Shown: positions 53,401 through 64,000 of the stretch, piece after piece
How positions within the stretch are numbered: the first letter of the stretch is position 1
Layout: each line of letters starts with the position of its first letter
Assembly (NCBI GenBank): GCA_051362555.1
Contig: CM120640.1
Location: 31,143,967 to 31,207,966, forward strand
Length of the DNA: 64,000 bases
Source: Lingula anatina
Taxonomy: Eukaryota > Animalia > Brachiopoda
Reading direction: 5' to 3'
The notes under the pieces: generated by a model
Database searches by the model: none
What the model was told of the DNA's origin: nothing
Seen by the model: the letters and a program-made list of their open reading frames with translations, nothing else
Position numbers and translations under genes: made by a program

Positions 53401-53534
53401 TTCCATTTGATAGTTAGATATTCCGAGCAAGAGGCTGTTGCAATAATCGAGTCTAGAAGCCACAAATGCATGGATGAGTAGCTCTGTTTCCTTGCTGTCA
53501 ATAAGGATATAAATAAATCAATAAATAAATGTCA

Positions 53535-54110
53535 ATAAAGAATCTTAGATATTCGTTGTAGACTAAAATATGATAATTTACACACTTTGTTAATGTGTGA
53601 TGTCATGTCACATTTGTTGTTGAAAATTACACCCAGATTTCTAACTTCTGTGCTTGTTGTGATAACAGAATCTCCAACTATTTAGTATGGTGCTGTCTCT
53701 GGAAAACTTAGAGTTGAAGTGGACCAATTCAGTTTTATCATCATTGAAGACTATAAGTAGTTGGACTTGAGCCAAGATCTAAAATCATGCACACAAGCCT
53801 CAATAGTTGCTTTTTTATCATAAAGATTTTTACATATAACATATATCTGAGTATCATCTGCGTACAGCATCAGATTGAACCCAAACTGAGCGACTATATC
53901 CTCTATGGGTGAAGTGTATAGTACAAAGAGAACAGGGCCAAGCACGGAGCCTTTTGCCTGATTTAGAAACAGAGGAACCTATGCGCACTTGTTGCTCGTG
54001 TCCAGTTAGGTAAGATTGAAACCAGGAGAGCACTGTGCCCGTTATCCAAAGCGATGAGCAAGTCAATGGAGCAATATGTCATGATCAAGAGTATCAAAGG
54101 CTGCTGATAA
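53535..54110 (-). mobile_element. L2/CR1-clade LINE reverse transcriptase fragment, same family as 30350-32200
   Basis: ORF 53751-53945 reads LGPVLFVLYT...YADDTQIY; it is a close reverse-complement match to ~31075-31690. Confidence 0.85.
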
Positions 54111-54302
54111 TCGGGTCATTTTTTTAAAGTTATGCTATTTTACCGCTTTTTACAGCATTTATGCAACACTGATAAAACATTTCAAGGGAAACCGATAGGC
54201 CTATTGTCTTGAAACTCGAGTTAGAAAATCAGCTTGATCGGACCATTTTGACAACAGATATGCCGTTTTTCTGCTTTTAACATATTTAATCCACCTTTAT
54301 AA

Positions 54303-54617
54303 CAGGGGCGGATCCAGGATTACTTGAAGGGGGGGGGGGGGTCCGGTATTTTAGGAATGACAGGCCTCGGATGCGAAGCCGACCCTCGCCCCTTCCTCCA
54401 CCCCCCTTGACGTGGGGTTCGAGGCCCGCTGAAGGGCACCGAAAAATTTTGGTATTTTAGAGGGCGAACGGTGCCATTTGCTAAGGTCTAGAACTATGAT
54501 TAAGCTAGTCAAAATTCTATATCAAGAGAGGATTATTGGTGTGATTTATTTTTCAGAAACCGAAGGGGGGGGGGGGGGGCAGGACCCCGCTGACTCCTCC
54601 CCCTAAACCTGCCACTG
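54303..54617. mobile_element. CAGGGGCGGATCC-type MITE; second copy at 58830-59117
   Basis: Both copies share GACAGGCCTCGGATGCGAAGCCGACC and AGAACTATGAT..AGCTAGTCAAAATTCTA; inverted ends CAGGGGCGGAT / ATCCGCCACTG. Confidence 0.7.
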
Positions 54618-55113
54618 CTTAGGCTGCAGTGTTTTGTACTGCGGTCTCAGCCTCATTGTGACGGCTAGCACGGCAGAAAAGGTCTCAAAAAGTGTTAAAT
54701 TTCGACCAGTTTGCGCTCCCACACACACACAAAAAAAGAAATAGAAGAACCAGTCCGTCCCTTCCTGTGTTGACGTGAAAAAAGTGGGCAGGGGGTTTCT
54801 AAACACCATTATTTTTATAACCCGCGCTCCGACTGCCTTGGGCAGTCGTAGGTGTGTGAGAAGGGGGCCTTCCCCCAATCTATTTTGAATTAAGCCGTTG
54901 ATGTTGCGATTTTGTCACGGCGTATGGAATATTGTTCTCTACAAAAATTGGCCCGTTCATGAGAAGACGTGTTACTGTCTACCATTAAACGACCCAGTTC
55001 ACTAGAAAATGGAACGACTTTTTATAGCAACCCTGAATCAATTTCTGATTTCCCATCGAGTTAATTCTGAACCATTCTTACGTATATAGAGATTAAAATA
55101 GATTAAAATAAAT

Positions 55114-55155
<42 letters not shown>

Positions 55156-55339
55156 CTTGTCCCGAGCCTAGAGTGTATCCATGGTGTATACATAAATGGG
55201 TCCTCTGTATCCACATCACTTCTCTACTTTTGCTGAATAACCTCTGCAATATATGGAAGATCTTGACAGGCTGCGATTAGAATACGAAACTGCAGTTCTC
55301 CAACATTCTCATAACGTCATGGAACTTGCACTCCACCAA

Positions 55340-56362
55340 GTCTGTAACATCAGGAGCATTCTGGCGAACCGTTTTCAAGTTCTACTTAGGACAATGCAGC
55401 AGCAGTCCAAGGCCATCAAAAAGATTGTAATAGCAAGCATCATCCTCCACAACCTTATGAGGACCCGGTATTCACTGCAGAGCCAGCAGCTTGACGTTTC
55501 TGAGAACCTGGGTCAAGAGTTTGCTGCTGGCGAGTGGAGAAATGGCCGAAATCTACAGGACACCCGCATCGTTACTGGCAGCAACACGTCCAGCAAGGAA
55601 GGTAAAAAACAGAGAAATATCATCAAACACTGGGTCAACTCTGAAGCCGGATCTGTTCCATGGCAAGAAAGGATGATTTAGACCACCTCTTTCTTCCCTT
55701 TGCAATGGTCATTTAAACATAGACTAAACAAGACATTAAATAATACACAGTGGTACAAAATACATTATGCACGTGAAATGTTACTGTAATTAAAGTTACA
55801 ATCCGGGTTAAATTTTGTTCTCTTAGATGATCTTAATTTTAATATTTTGTATAGCTCGATTTTTACATAAATTAATTGGAAAATAATATAATTGGAAAAC
55901 AACTACATTGACAGTGTATATAATGTAAATGCTTCTCTTTATTATTTTGCTGTTTAAAATCGCCTTCCCAATGAATAAAACAATAAATGTGTATCCAAGA
56001 AAACAAACACGATCAAAAATTTATGCACAAAAATGTATTTGTAAATATAACAAAACAATAAAAAAGAAAAACCAAGAAAACGCTATCTGTTCGCTTAATG
56101 CGTGCTGAATACGAGGGCCATTCGTTACTTGCGCCAAAAACCCGTCGTGCATTCGTTGGATTTTTTTACGCGTGCGTTTTATATTCGATCTTCATGCGCC
56201 CTTTATACGCAAAATACACCAACAAAACGCTATGTATTCGCTATTGACTCGCAATTTTTCTGGCAAATTCTTTCAAAAGTTGGACGCACAACAGCGCATT
56301 TGGCTTATTTTCATGCGCAATGCATGCGTACCTCGTGCGTTCTGTAGGTGTGACCGGGCCTC
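55340..56362 (+). mobile_element. PIF/Harbinger transposon 3' remnant (transposase C-terminus plus right end)
   Basis: ORF 55253-55681 contains ILANRFQVLL...IVIASIILHNLMR...GSVPWQERMI (HARBI1/DDE_Tnp_4-like C-terminus); terminus AGGTGTGACCGGGCCTC followed by TAA. Confidence 0.8.
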
Positions 56363-57689
56363 TAAGTAAGCTCAGTAGCTGTGGGCAAATTTGGGACAAA
56401 GGAAGCCAAGATATGAAGTTGCCTCGTACACAATTTTTTTAGTGCACTTCTTTTGTTTACGTACTTAAAGAGAGGAATTTCAAGACAAACCGACTTTTCT
56501 CGACCTGAGCTCAAAACTACGGAAGATTTTTACCTAATCTCGGTTATAGAAACAAGTTAAAGATGTTTCTCTATGATAAATAAGTTGAAAAAAATTACTG
56601 AGAGAAAAATGTTTCATTTTTAGTGTCACTTGCGGTATGAAACATTAATATACTGCACGTAGAATATTAACTGCAAAAAGCATACCAGGAAATCTATTAC
56701 ATTATAATATGCGCCTTCGGACAAAAAATCCATAGACTGTGCTAGATGAGGCAAAGCAAAGATGCTGTTGTTAATGCTGAATTAATTTTGTTTTTACTTA
56801 AAAATAGAATAAAATAAATTAGATAAAAAAGTATGTTTTCAAGTAAATATTCGATCAAATATAAATTCTTAAACGGCGTAGCATCCATTTTATATATGCT
56901 GAAAAGATAATTTTTTACCAAACTGATGAAATACAGTATAATATATTGAACGAACAACTTCAATAAATTAAACCAAGGATTTCAAGTCTTTGATTAAACT
57001 AGCCCGACTTATTCCACTATTAGTTTATTAATTTTTGCACGTTATTGAAATCTGGAGGTTTTTTGTACTTATGAAGTACTAACAATATATCGCAGATTAA
57101 AGCTCGAAAAATTGTTAACGCATTGCATAAAATTGTTTTCAATCTTAATATGGCAGTTTTAATTGTGTAGTTTATTTAAAAACAACAGTTTTCACGCTCC
57201 TGTCAATATACAGCGACGGGCTACTTATTGACCCGGCCCTTATAAGCAACGATAACAACCGGTACTTTTTAATTTTACCTGGACACTATAACATCATTAT
57301 CTCGGCATTTTTTTTACTCCGTAGCTCATGAAATAAAATGCCAAGGTTTTACTTTTTATACCATCCGTTTTTCAAAAATGACCCAAAAATTTTCATTGGG
57401 TGTAAAAGAACATGAGTATGATTAACGTAATATGTTCAGTTCGTATACGAAGTTTCGATTTCGTACGAGCACCAAAGAAAGGATCATGGAGCAACAAACA
57501 TCGACAACAACGTTAATTGATGTATAGTCATTTTACATCATATCCAGAAAAAGAATGACAACTGATTTTTAGTACAATTAAAAACGCCTGTGAAAGAACC
57601 GGGGACTCTTTCGCGTTGTTAAATTTCAGTCTCTCGGTTGAAATAAAGAACCCAACGTTTTTTAACGCGCTGCAAAAAAAGAAAATAAA

Positions 57690-58357
57690 ATGCCCCCTAC
57701 CTCCAGAATGTTACGTATTGTTATAGGCAGGTATGAATCAAATTCAAACAGGCTAATTCAACTTTGATGGAAGCTGAATGACAGTTTTTTTAAACAAACG
57801 TCAAACACAATTACTACACTCTTCTCTCCGAACATCTAAAACTCCAATAACCTTTGATTGACAAGGTGCCAATCAAATTCATTAGTTTTGATAGTTGCTG
57901 TCAAGTAAAATCAGTTTGATTGGCATGTTATATAAACAAACGTCAATTACAATCATCACAGTGGATCACTATAGTCGTCGAAAACGTTTAGATCAAGCTT
58001 CCTACATCCGTTGATTGACAAGGTGCCAATCAAATTCAGTTAGTTTTGATAGTTGCTGTCAAGTAATAACAGCTTGATTGGCAGAATTTATAAACAAACG
58101 TCAATCATCGCGCACTATGATTTCTCTCGCTGTGAAACAGTGAGTACGCCGAAAGAGAGCGCTGATTAAAATCAGAAGTTAGTAATTAACTTGCAAAATA
58201 TTTGAAGAGAATATATACAACATGTTCAGCGTATTTAATACGACACTCTAGATTACAAGCTATTTTTAAAAAGAAGAATTTAGCAACAGAAACCAATTTA
58301 AAAACAGGTTTATAGTAAAGAAATATGACATTTGACGTTATTCTGGAGGTAGGGCAT
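57690..58357. mobile_element. Inverted-repeat-bounded element with ~158-bp internal direct repeats
   Basis: CCCTACCTCCAGAA...TTCTGGAGGTAGGG; TTGATTGACAAGGTGCCAATCAAATTCA repeated at ~57854 and ~58012. Confidence 0.55.
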
Positions 58358-59439
58358 GGGTCATTTCAAAATTATGGTACAACTATGTGCCCCGGTATGT
58401 GCGTGAAGGAGGAAAAATAAATTTATTTGCATTATGTATAGAATATTGACAGATTCTTTTACTGTCAAAGTCTACTTTCTGCAAAATAATAAATAAATAA
58501 ATAAATAAATAAATAACACGATACTAATTCATCTTCATTAAAGGTGATATTCGTGTTGTGGTTGAGGTAAGAGGTTTAATTTTTGGGGGGCTAAATGTTA
58601 GCAAGAAGCTATGATAATAAGCCGAAAATAAGTGGATGGGAGACAAAAATATAACTGTAAACAAAAATATTTCTATCCCTATTTAACAAACAAACCGCTA
58701 TTTCGCTCTTGTAACTATTTTGTTAGTTTATTATACTGCAGTAAAGCGTGGATATAGTAGTTCAAAACGCCCTCACAGTGCAGTTGTTTTTGCGACTTCA
58801 GCTGCTGGGGTCAGGTGAAGGGGCGAGGGCTGGGGCGGATCCGGGATTATCAGCAGGGGGGAGGGGTCCGGAACGACAGGCCTCGGATGCGAAGCCGACC
58901 ATCGCCCCCTTGGTGTGGGGTTTGGGGCTTGCTCAACGGCCCCGACAAAAAAAATGGTGTTTTGGAGAGCAAACAGTGCCCTTTGATACGGTTTAGAACT
59001 ATGATTTAGCTAGTCAAAATTCTAATTTGAAGAGGGGAATATTGGTGTGATATATTTTTCAGAAACCGAAGGGGGGGGGGTCAGGACCCCCACGACCCCC
59101 CTTTAAATCCGCCACTGGGACAGATTTAAAGGAGTACTATACAGATCAAGATCTAAAATAAGCTTGATCGCTTCAGTTTTTATGAAGTAATGCCTTTTTT
59201 GTATGTAAGTTGTTTTTCCGCAGATTCAATTAATATCAATTATTTCATCATATGAAAATGACAGTAAATTTAGTTGGTCATACAAAAATGAAAGTAAATG
59301 GGTTATTTTATCTTATGTAAAAAAGTCAGAAGTCACACCAATTTGCAGATTGCTTCACGCGAACATTCCCATCGACCAGGTCTCTTCATTCAACTATCTC
59401 GGGGCCCTTGGGACATCCAACGCCTGTTGCAAGATATAA

Positions 59440-59905
59440 TTCCAAAGAATTGGTCAAGCAAAAAATGCATTCACCCGTCTCGGTCCAATCTTCAAGGATC
59501 GTGGGCTGTCCTTTAGGATTAAGATCCGCCTCCTAAAAACCTGTCTGGTCTACTCTTCTGTATGCCTGTGAGTCTTGAACTTTGACAGCAGAAACTCGAC
59601 GCAACACTGAAGCAGCTGAAATGTGGTTCTACATACAAGCGAATGCTTCGAATCTCCTACATTGATCAAGTTACCAATGAAGAGGTAACTGCCAGAAGTT
59701 CTTGGGACATTCCACCAGAAAAGAGGGATTGGAGAACTTTAGCCTTAGTGGTAGAATACTTGGCAAAAGTGCCCGGGGAAGACAACGAAAGGCCTTCCTT
59801 GATAATTTTGATTTACCATTAACAAGACACCTTTGGTCATGGGCGAGAAACAGCAACGTTCGTCAGACACCGCATCGGTGATGGTACATGATGAAGAAGA
59901 AGAAA
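59440..59905 (+). mobile_element. RTE-clade LINE 3' fragment
   Basis: RIGQAKNAF...IRLLK..VWSTLLYACES.TLT...EAAEMWFY..RMLRIS across frames; (GAA)n tail at ~59893-59903. Confidence 0.8.
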
Positions 59906-59939
59906 AAAGTGTTGAAAATGGAAATTGACTCATTTCAGT

Positions 59940-60524
59940 ATAGTTTTCTCTTGTTTACATTTTGGTATTTTCATGGTATGACTTTGAAGTTCCATGGGCC
60001 TGAAGATTGGTGTTGATTATGCTGTTAAGCATTGTGTAAAATTGCATCAAGATAATTAAAAATTGGTGGTAATTATACCATTAATCATTATGTAATATTG
60101 CATCAAAACTGACAAATAAAACTACTTTGTGCACTACCACCACAAATGTTATGAAAAGAAAATTCTGTTACTTATTATTTTTTAACTTACAAGAATGATT
60201 CTTAGTACTGACATACAGCTAAAATTAGAAAACCCACTCTGTTGGATTATAATGTTTTATTGAATTTATGTATTTTTTGTGAAATTCTCATTTTTCTCAT
60301 TCTGGCATTTTCAAAGTGTGAACTTGAACTCTCATGGGCCTGAAGCCTTTTTCTTGTTACACATTTTACTTAGTGATATTACCTGTTGTGTATAATCAAA
60401 ATTTGATGTTGACTTTGCACTTAAACATAATGTATTATTGCATCATAATTAACAGTAGCCTACTTTGTGCATTATTATTTTCCATATTTTTTTGTCTGTA
60501 CATTTAACAGCTTTGCTGCCTTGT
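59940..60524. mobile_element. Inverted HINE family B fragment
   Basis: Reverse complement of 12412-12900, ending TGTCTGTACATTTAACAGCTTTGCTGCCTTGTT. Confidence 0.7.
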
Positions 60525-60659
60525 TATCAGTGATAGTTAACAGGATAACAACTGTTAACTTTGGCCAAAAAATGAATTTCCTGGAGTAAACGACAATTTT
60601 TACATAATAACCAATGATTAATATATCCATTTCTACATTCAAAGTTAGTCCCTGAAAGT

Positions 60660-61035
60660 TAGTCATTTGACCTTAAAATAAAGGTCAAAAGTCAAATCCA
60701 AGGGCATATTTGGAACCTCCACATATGACTTTTGGTCAGACTTCTATCTGAACTCTTCCCATAATTCCTTCCATTTTGGAGATATTTATATATAATTAGC
60801 AAGGGTGCATTGTGACAAATGCCATATCTAGACCAGTGGACCGACAGAGTGCAAAATGTTCATGTATCGAGTTGAGATTATGTGTGACCTAAATCCAAGA
60901 GATGGAGATATGTACAGGCCTTTATTGTGTTGGAGGAAAAGCAATAATGATAACATGGCAACGGAGATATGGTGGATGAGATTGGTTGGGACTAAAACCA
61001 TGGGCACTGCCAGTACCTATGCTGGTGGTACAATA
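60660..61035 (-). mobile_element. HINE family A terminal fragment
   Basis: Matches 2230-2633 and ends in GCTGGTGGTACAAT. Confidence 0.75.
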
Positions 61036-61644
61036 AATTGCTGTGTTTTTCACAAGTGTGCGGCATATTGTTTTTATGACACCTCAATTTTTGGTCAATT
61101 GTCTGTGTTATCATTACAACACACCTGACACTCATGATGTCACTCAAAACTGTCTGTCCAATCAGAATTATCTCATGTAAGTTCCCCCTTTTCTCGCTAT
61201 AAAAAAAAAAAATTATTTTTTGTCATTGATTTATTATTTAGAAGCGGAAAGTCTTGAAGGTATCTTTCAAAACTAAATAAATGTGTTCAACTGTTGTACT
61301 GTAACATGCATTCTAATTTATATCTTGTGACATTGTATAAGTTTGCCATCAAAGTTCCAGCCAACAGAGCTAAGGTCATGAGACCTTTTTTTATATAAGA
61401 CGTTGAGTAAAGGGATTCTTTTAATTCTGCTGTAATCTGTATAATACTGGTTCATTGATTAGATAAACATAAAAAATAAAGGTGTGGAAAAATAAGGAAT
61501 CTGTTCCTCGTACATGTACCAAAACTATTATTCAGAATAGACTTTTTGACTCCCAAATAGTCAGAAATCTGTCGATAGTCTGAATAATGTCATAACTCCC
61601 AAAAAGTCAGATGTACGCAGATATACAGAAGAATCTCATACCTG

Positions 61645-62064
61645 AACTAGAAAAGCATTCAGAGAGCGCAGACCTCTGCCAAGGCAGCAAAGTCTCCATT
61701 CAATGCCATTTCACCCTTAAATTTTCATTCTGTAATGATTTAGTTTTTTGATTTTTGATAATTGATCGATTACTGATCCAGATTACCACCAAAAACTAAT
61801 AATCTGTTCCTTGGCCCACTTCTGACAGTTCCTGAAAATTTCATAAAAATCGGTCCATAACTTAGTTTTTTGATTTCTGATTATTGATTGATTATTGATC
61901 CAGATCACCGCCAAAAACTAATCACTTCTAAGTTATCTCATTTCTGACCTACCCTGAAAATTCCAGCGAAATTCATCCATAACTTTTTGAGTTATGTTGA
62001 TGACAAACAGACAGACAGACAAACAAACAAACAGGGGTGAAAACATAACCTCCTTGGTGGAGGT
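61645..62064 (-). mobile_element. HINE/pearl-like element, family C
   Basis: Sub-TIR ACCTCTGCCAAGG (61672) / CCTTGGTGGAGGT (62052); terminal hairpin ACCTCC-ttggt-GGAGGT; (ACAG)n(ACAA)n microsatellite; two ~122-bp internal repeats. Confidence 0.8.
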
Positions 62065-62659
62065 AATAAAAGCATAATAGTGCAGTATTTTAAGATTTTT
62101 GGCTTAAATATTTGTTACTAACGTTATGTAGACTGCATGTGGCTACACTGTGTTTCACACCTCATTTTATCTCAAAAGCCAGACTCGAGAGCTTCGTAAA
62201 AATAATATTATTATCACTTTTTCTGAGAAAATGCTCAATAATGATTTTCTAAAGATACATTTTGTAACTGCATGTTGATAATTTTCTTGTAACTTATTTG
62301 TAGCTACATTTGATTATCCAGTATTCAACCTAAAATCTGAGATATTAAATAAAATGAATTCATTAAAAAATCTGCATTTTTTTTCTAATAAAATCAGTCT
62401 TAATTTCATCTAGGTAAGCACACATTTAGCACCATCATTACACATGAAAACCTTTGCCTTTATGCTTTACTGGGCTATTAACATTAAAATAATTTTTTTT
62501 TACGGAGCAATGGTGCTGTCATATCCTTGGGCCACTGCATCAGGCAAACATAATTTATAGCATCTTATTCATACAAGATGAGCATAGGAATAGAAGATAC
62601 ATTATCAACTAGGTGTACATGTGTAAACCACTTAAAAAATGCAATAAAAGAAGCCAAAT

Positions 62660-63778
62660 TCAAAAGTCCAGTGCTGTTGCATTATTGGCCATTGATCCTT
62701 TGTCAGCATCTTGATTTTCAACAAACTTTGGATTCTTAATATCCGTGAAAATTTTGCCTTGAGCTTCCAGCTGAAAAAGAAGAATTTTCTTACATTGTAC
62801 ATGCACTGTATCATTTTCACTATAATTGTTGATATATACATATATACATGTTATTGCATAAAATGTATAAGAATATAAGTAAAATGTTGGACTGAATCAC
62901 TGGATGTAACTGGATCTTATTGCAACTGCGGGTGTTTGGACATGAAATGTATGCTATCACAATTGTTCACATTATTGTTATGCATGAGCATGGTTTTCAT
63001 GTCATAGTACTGCTACTGGTAGGCCTATTGCCCTGCTAGTGCATGTACCAAGATGTAGCATACAAGACCATGGTTTGGAGGTTAAACCATGTGTTCTCCC
63101 CCCACACTCACATTGGTGGTGCAATGATAAAACATGAATTTTAACACTGTCGGCAGATTTAAAAGAAAATTAATGTGTAATGCCATGAAAATTCTTTTTT
63201 TTTTCAGTAACTTAATTTACCTTTTTTACTTTGTGTGGTTTTCCAATACCAAGCCTACCAAAAAAGAAAAAAAAATTTTAATTAGAATAACAAAAATATT
63301 AAAATAGACTGTTTATGTTACAAATCATATTGTGACTACTTTATCTTTGCAAAATGCACTTCTCTGCTATAAAACCAAATATAAATTGAAAATAAATACA
63401 GTACAGATTTAACCCACAATACATTTAAACCAGATAACCATTAAAGACTATATATGCTTACATTACAATGTGAATGAAAGTCCCTACCCCCAGACAACAC
63501 AGATTAACTGATTCCTTTAATGATTCTAAAATAATGTATTAAAAAAAGAAACAAGTCATCATGATCATATTTCATAGTCAAATTACCACACATGTATTAT
63601 TTATTCTTTTAATATTAAAAAAAAAAAAAAAAAAAAAGAAGCAATTCCTGCACGTACAAAAACAAGTAGATCCAAACTGGGTTCACTTACTTTGGCAACC
63701 CTTTGTTAAGACCTTCCAAAAGTACACATGCCTTGCACACCTCTTGACTAGAAATGTAACCACACCTGGAACAAGTGC
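62660..63778 (-). CDS. CTU1: Cytoplasmic tRNA 2-thiolation protein 1, last three coding exons (gene continues beyond the window)
   Basis: Exon 63778-63691 [30 protein letters not shown], micro-exon 63254-63221 [11 protein letters not shown] and exon 62770-62660 LEAQGKIF...ALDF*. GT-AG introns with consistent phases; CxxCGY.SS...CKAC.LLEGLN is the CTU1/Ncs6 C-terminal Zn motif. Confidence 0.92.
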
Positions 63779-64000
63779 CTACAATAAACAAGTACAGGAT
63801 TTTCTATCAATTAACTTTTTTAAAAAATTTGTTCTTTAAAATCTACACACTAGTAATTATCATGAAGAAATAAATAACATGTCACTTTTATAGTGGAGTG
63901 CTATTTGTTAAATTTGTTAAATAACATTTAAATTACATTTTGAATAACAACATTCATTCAGAAACAAATAATTGTATGCTATCTATATATATTTAACAGC

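Noticed and set aside
53205-53501. 98-aa minus-strand ORF with a possible donor at ~53277
   Set aside because: No recognisable homology and no linked exons established.
62632-62841. ORF-track frame WKLKAKFSR... as the CTU1 last exon
   Set aside because: The 34-nt micro-exon (LGIGK) sets phase 0, giving LEAQGKIF...LDF* instead.

Overview
AT-rich, repeat-dense eukaryotic DNA from an invertebrate (mollusc/lophotrochozoan-like repeat content; the taxon is inference). I reconstructed four spliced protein-coding loci by hand from splice signals and exon phases. (1) An unrecognised multi-exon gene on the - strand at about 2.9-8.6 kb. (2) EEF1AKMT1/N6AMT2 (-, 26688-29035). (3) A MATCAP/KIAA0895-family tubulin tyrosine carboxypeptidase (+, 34086-38852), head-to-head with EEF1AKMT1 and carrying a U12-type intron. 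(4) The last three exons of CTU1 (-, 62660-63778). Most of the remainder is transposon-derived: three Helentron/HINE-like families with internal tandem repeats, several MITE families with readable target-site duplications (TSDs), Tc1, Harbinger and ISL2EU-like transposase relics, L2/CR1 and RTE fragments, and a 4 kb L1/Tx1 LINE nested in an EnSpm-like element. The most unusual structure is at 46.5-50.2 kb: about 25 tandem ~140-bp units, each a complete exon+intron module on the - strand (branch point, pyrimidine tract, CAG, ~62-nt exon, GTTAGT). The array has a 1143-bp higher-order repeat and appears to sit inside a larger spliced transcript. All calls are by eye; no searches were run.
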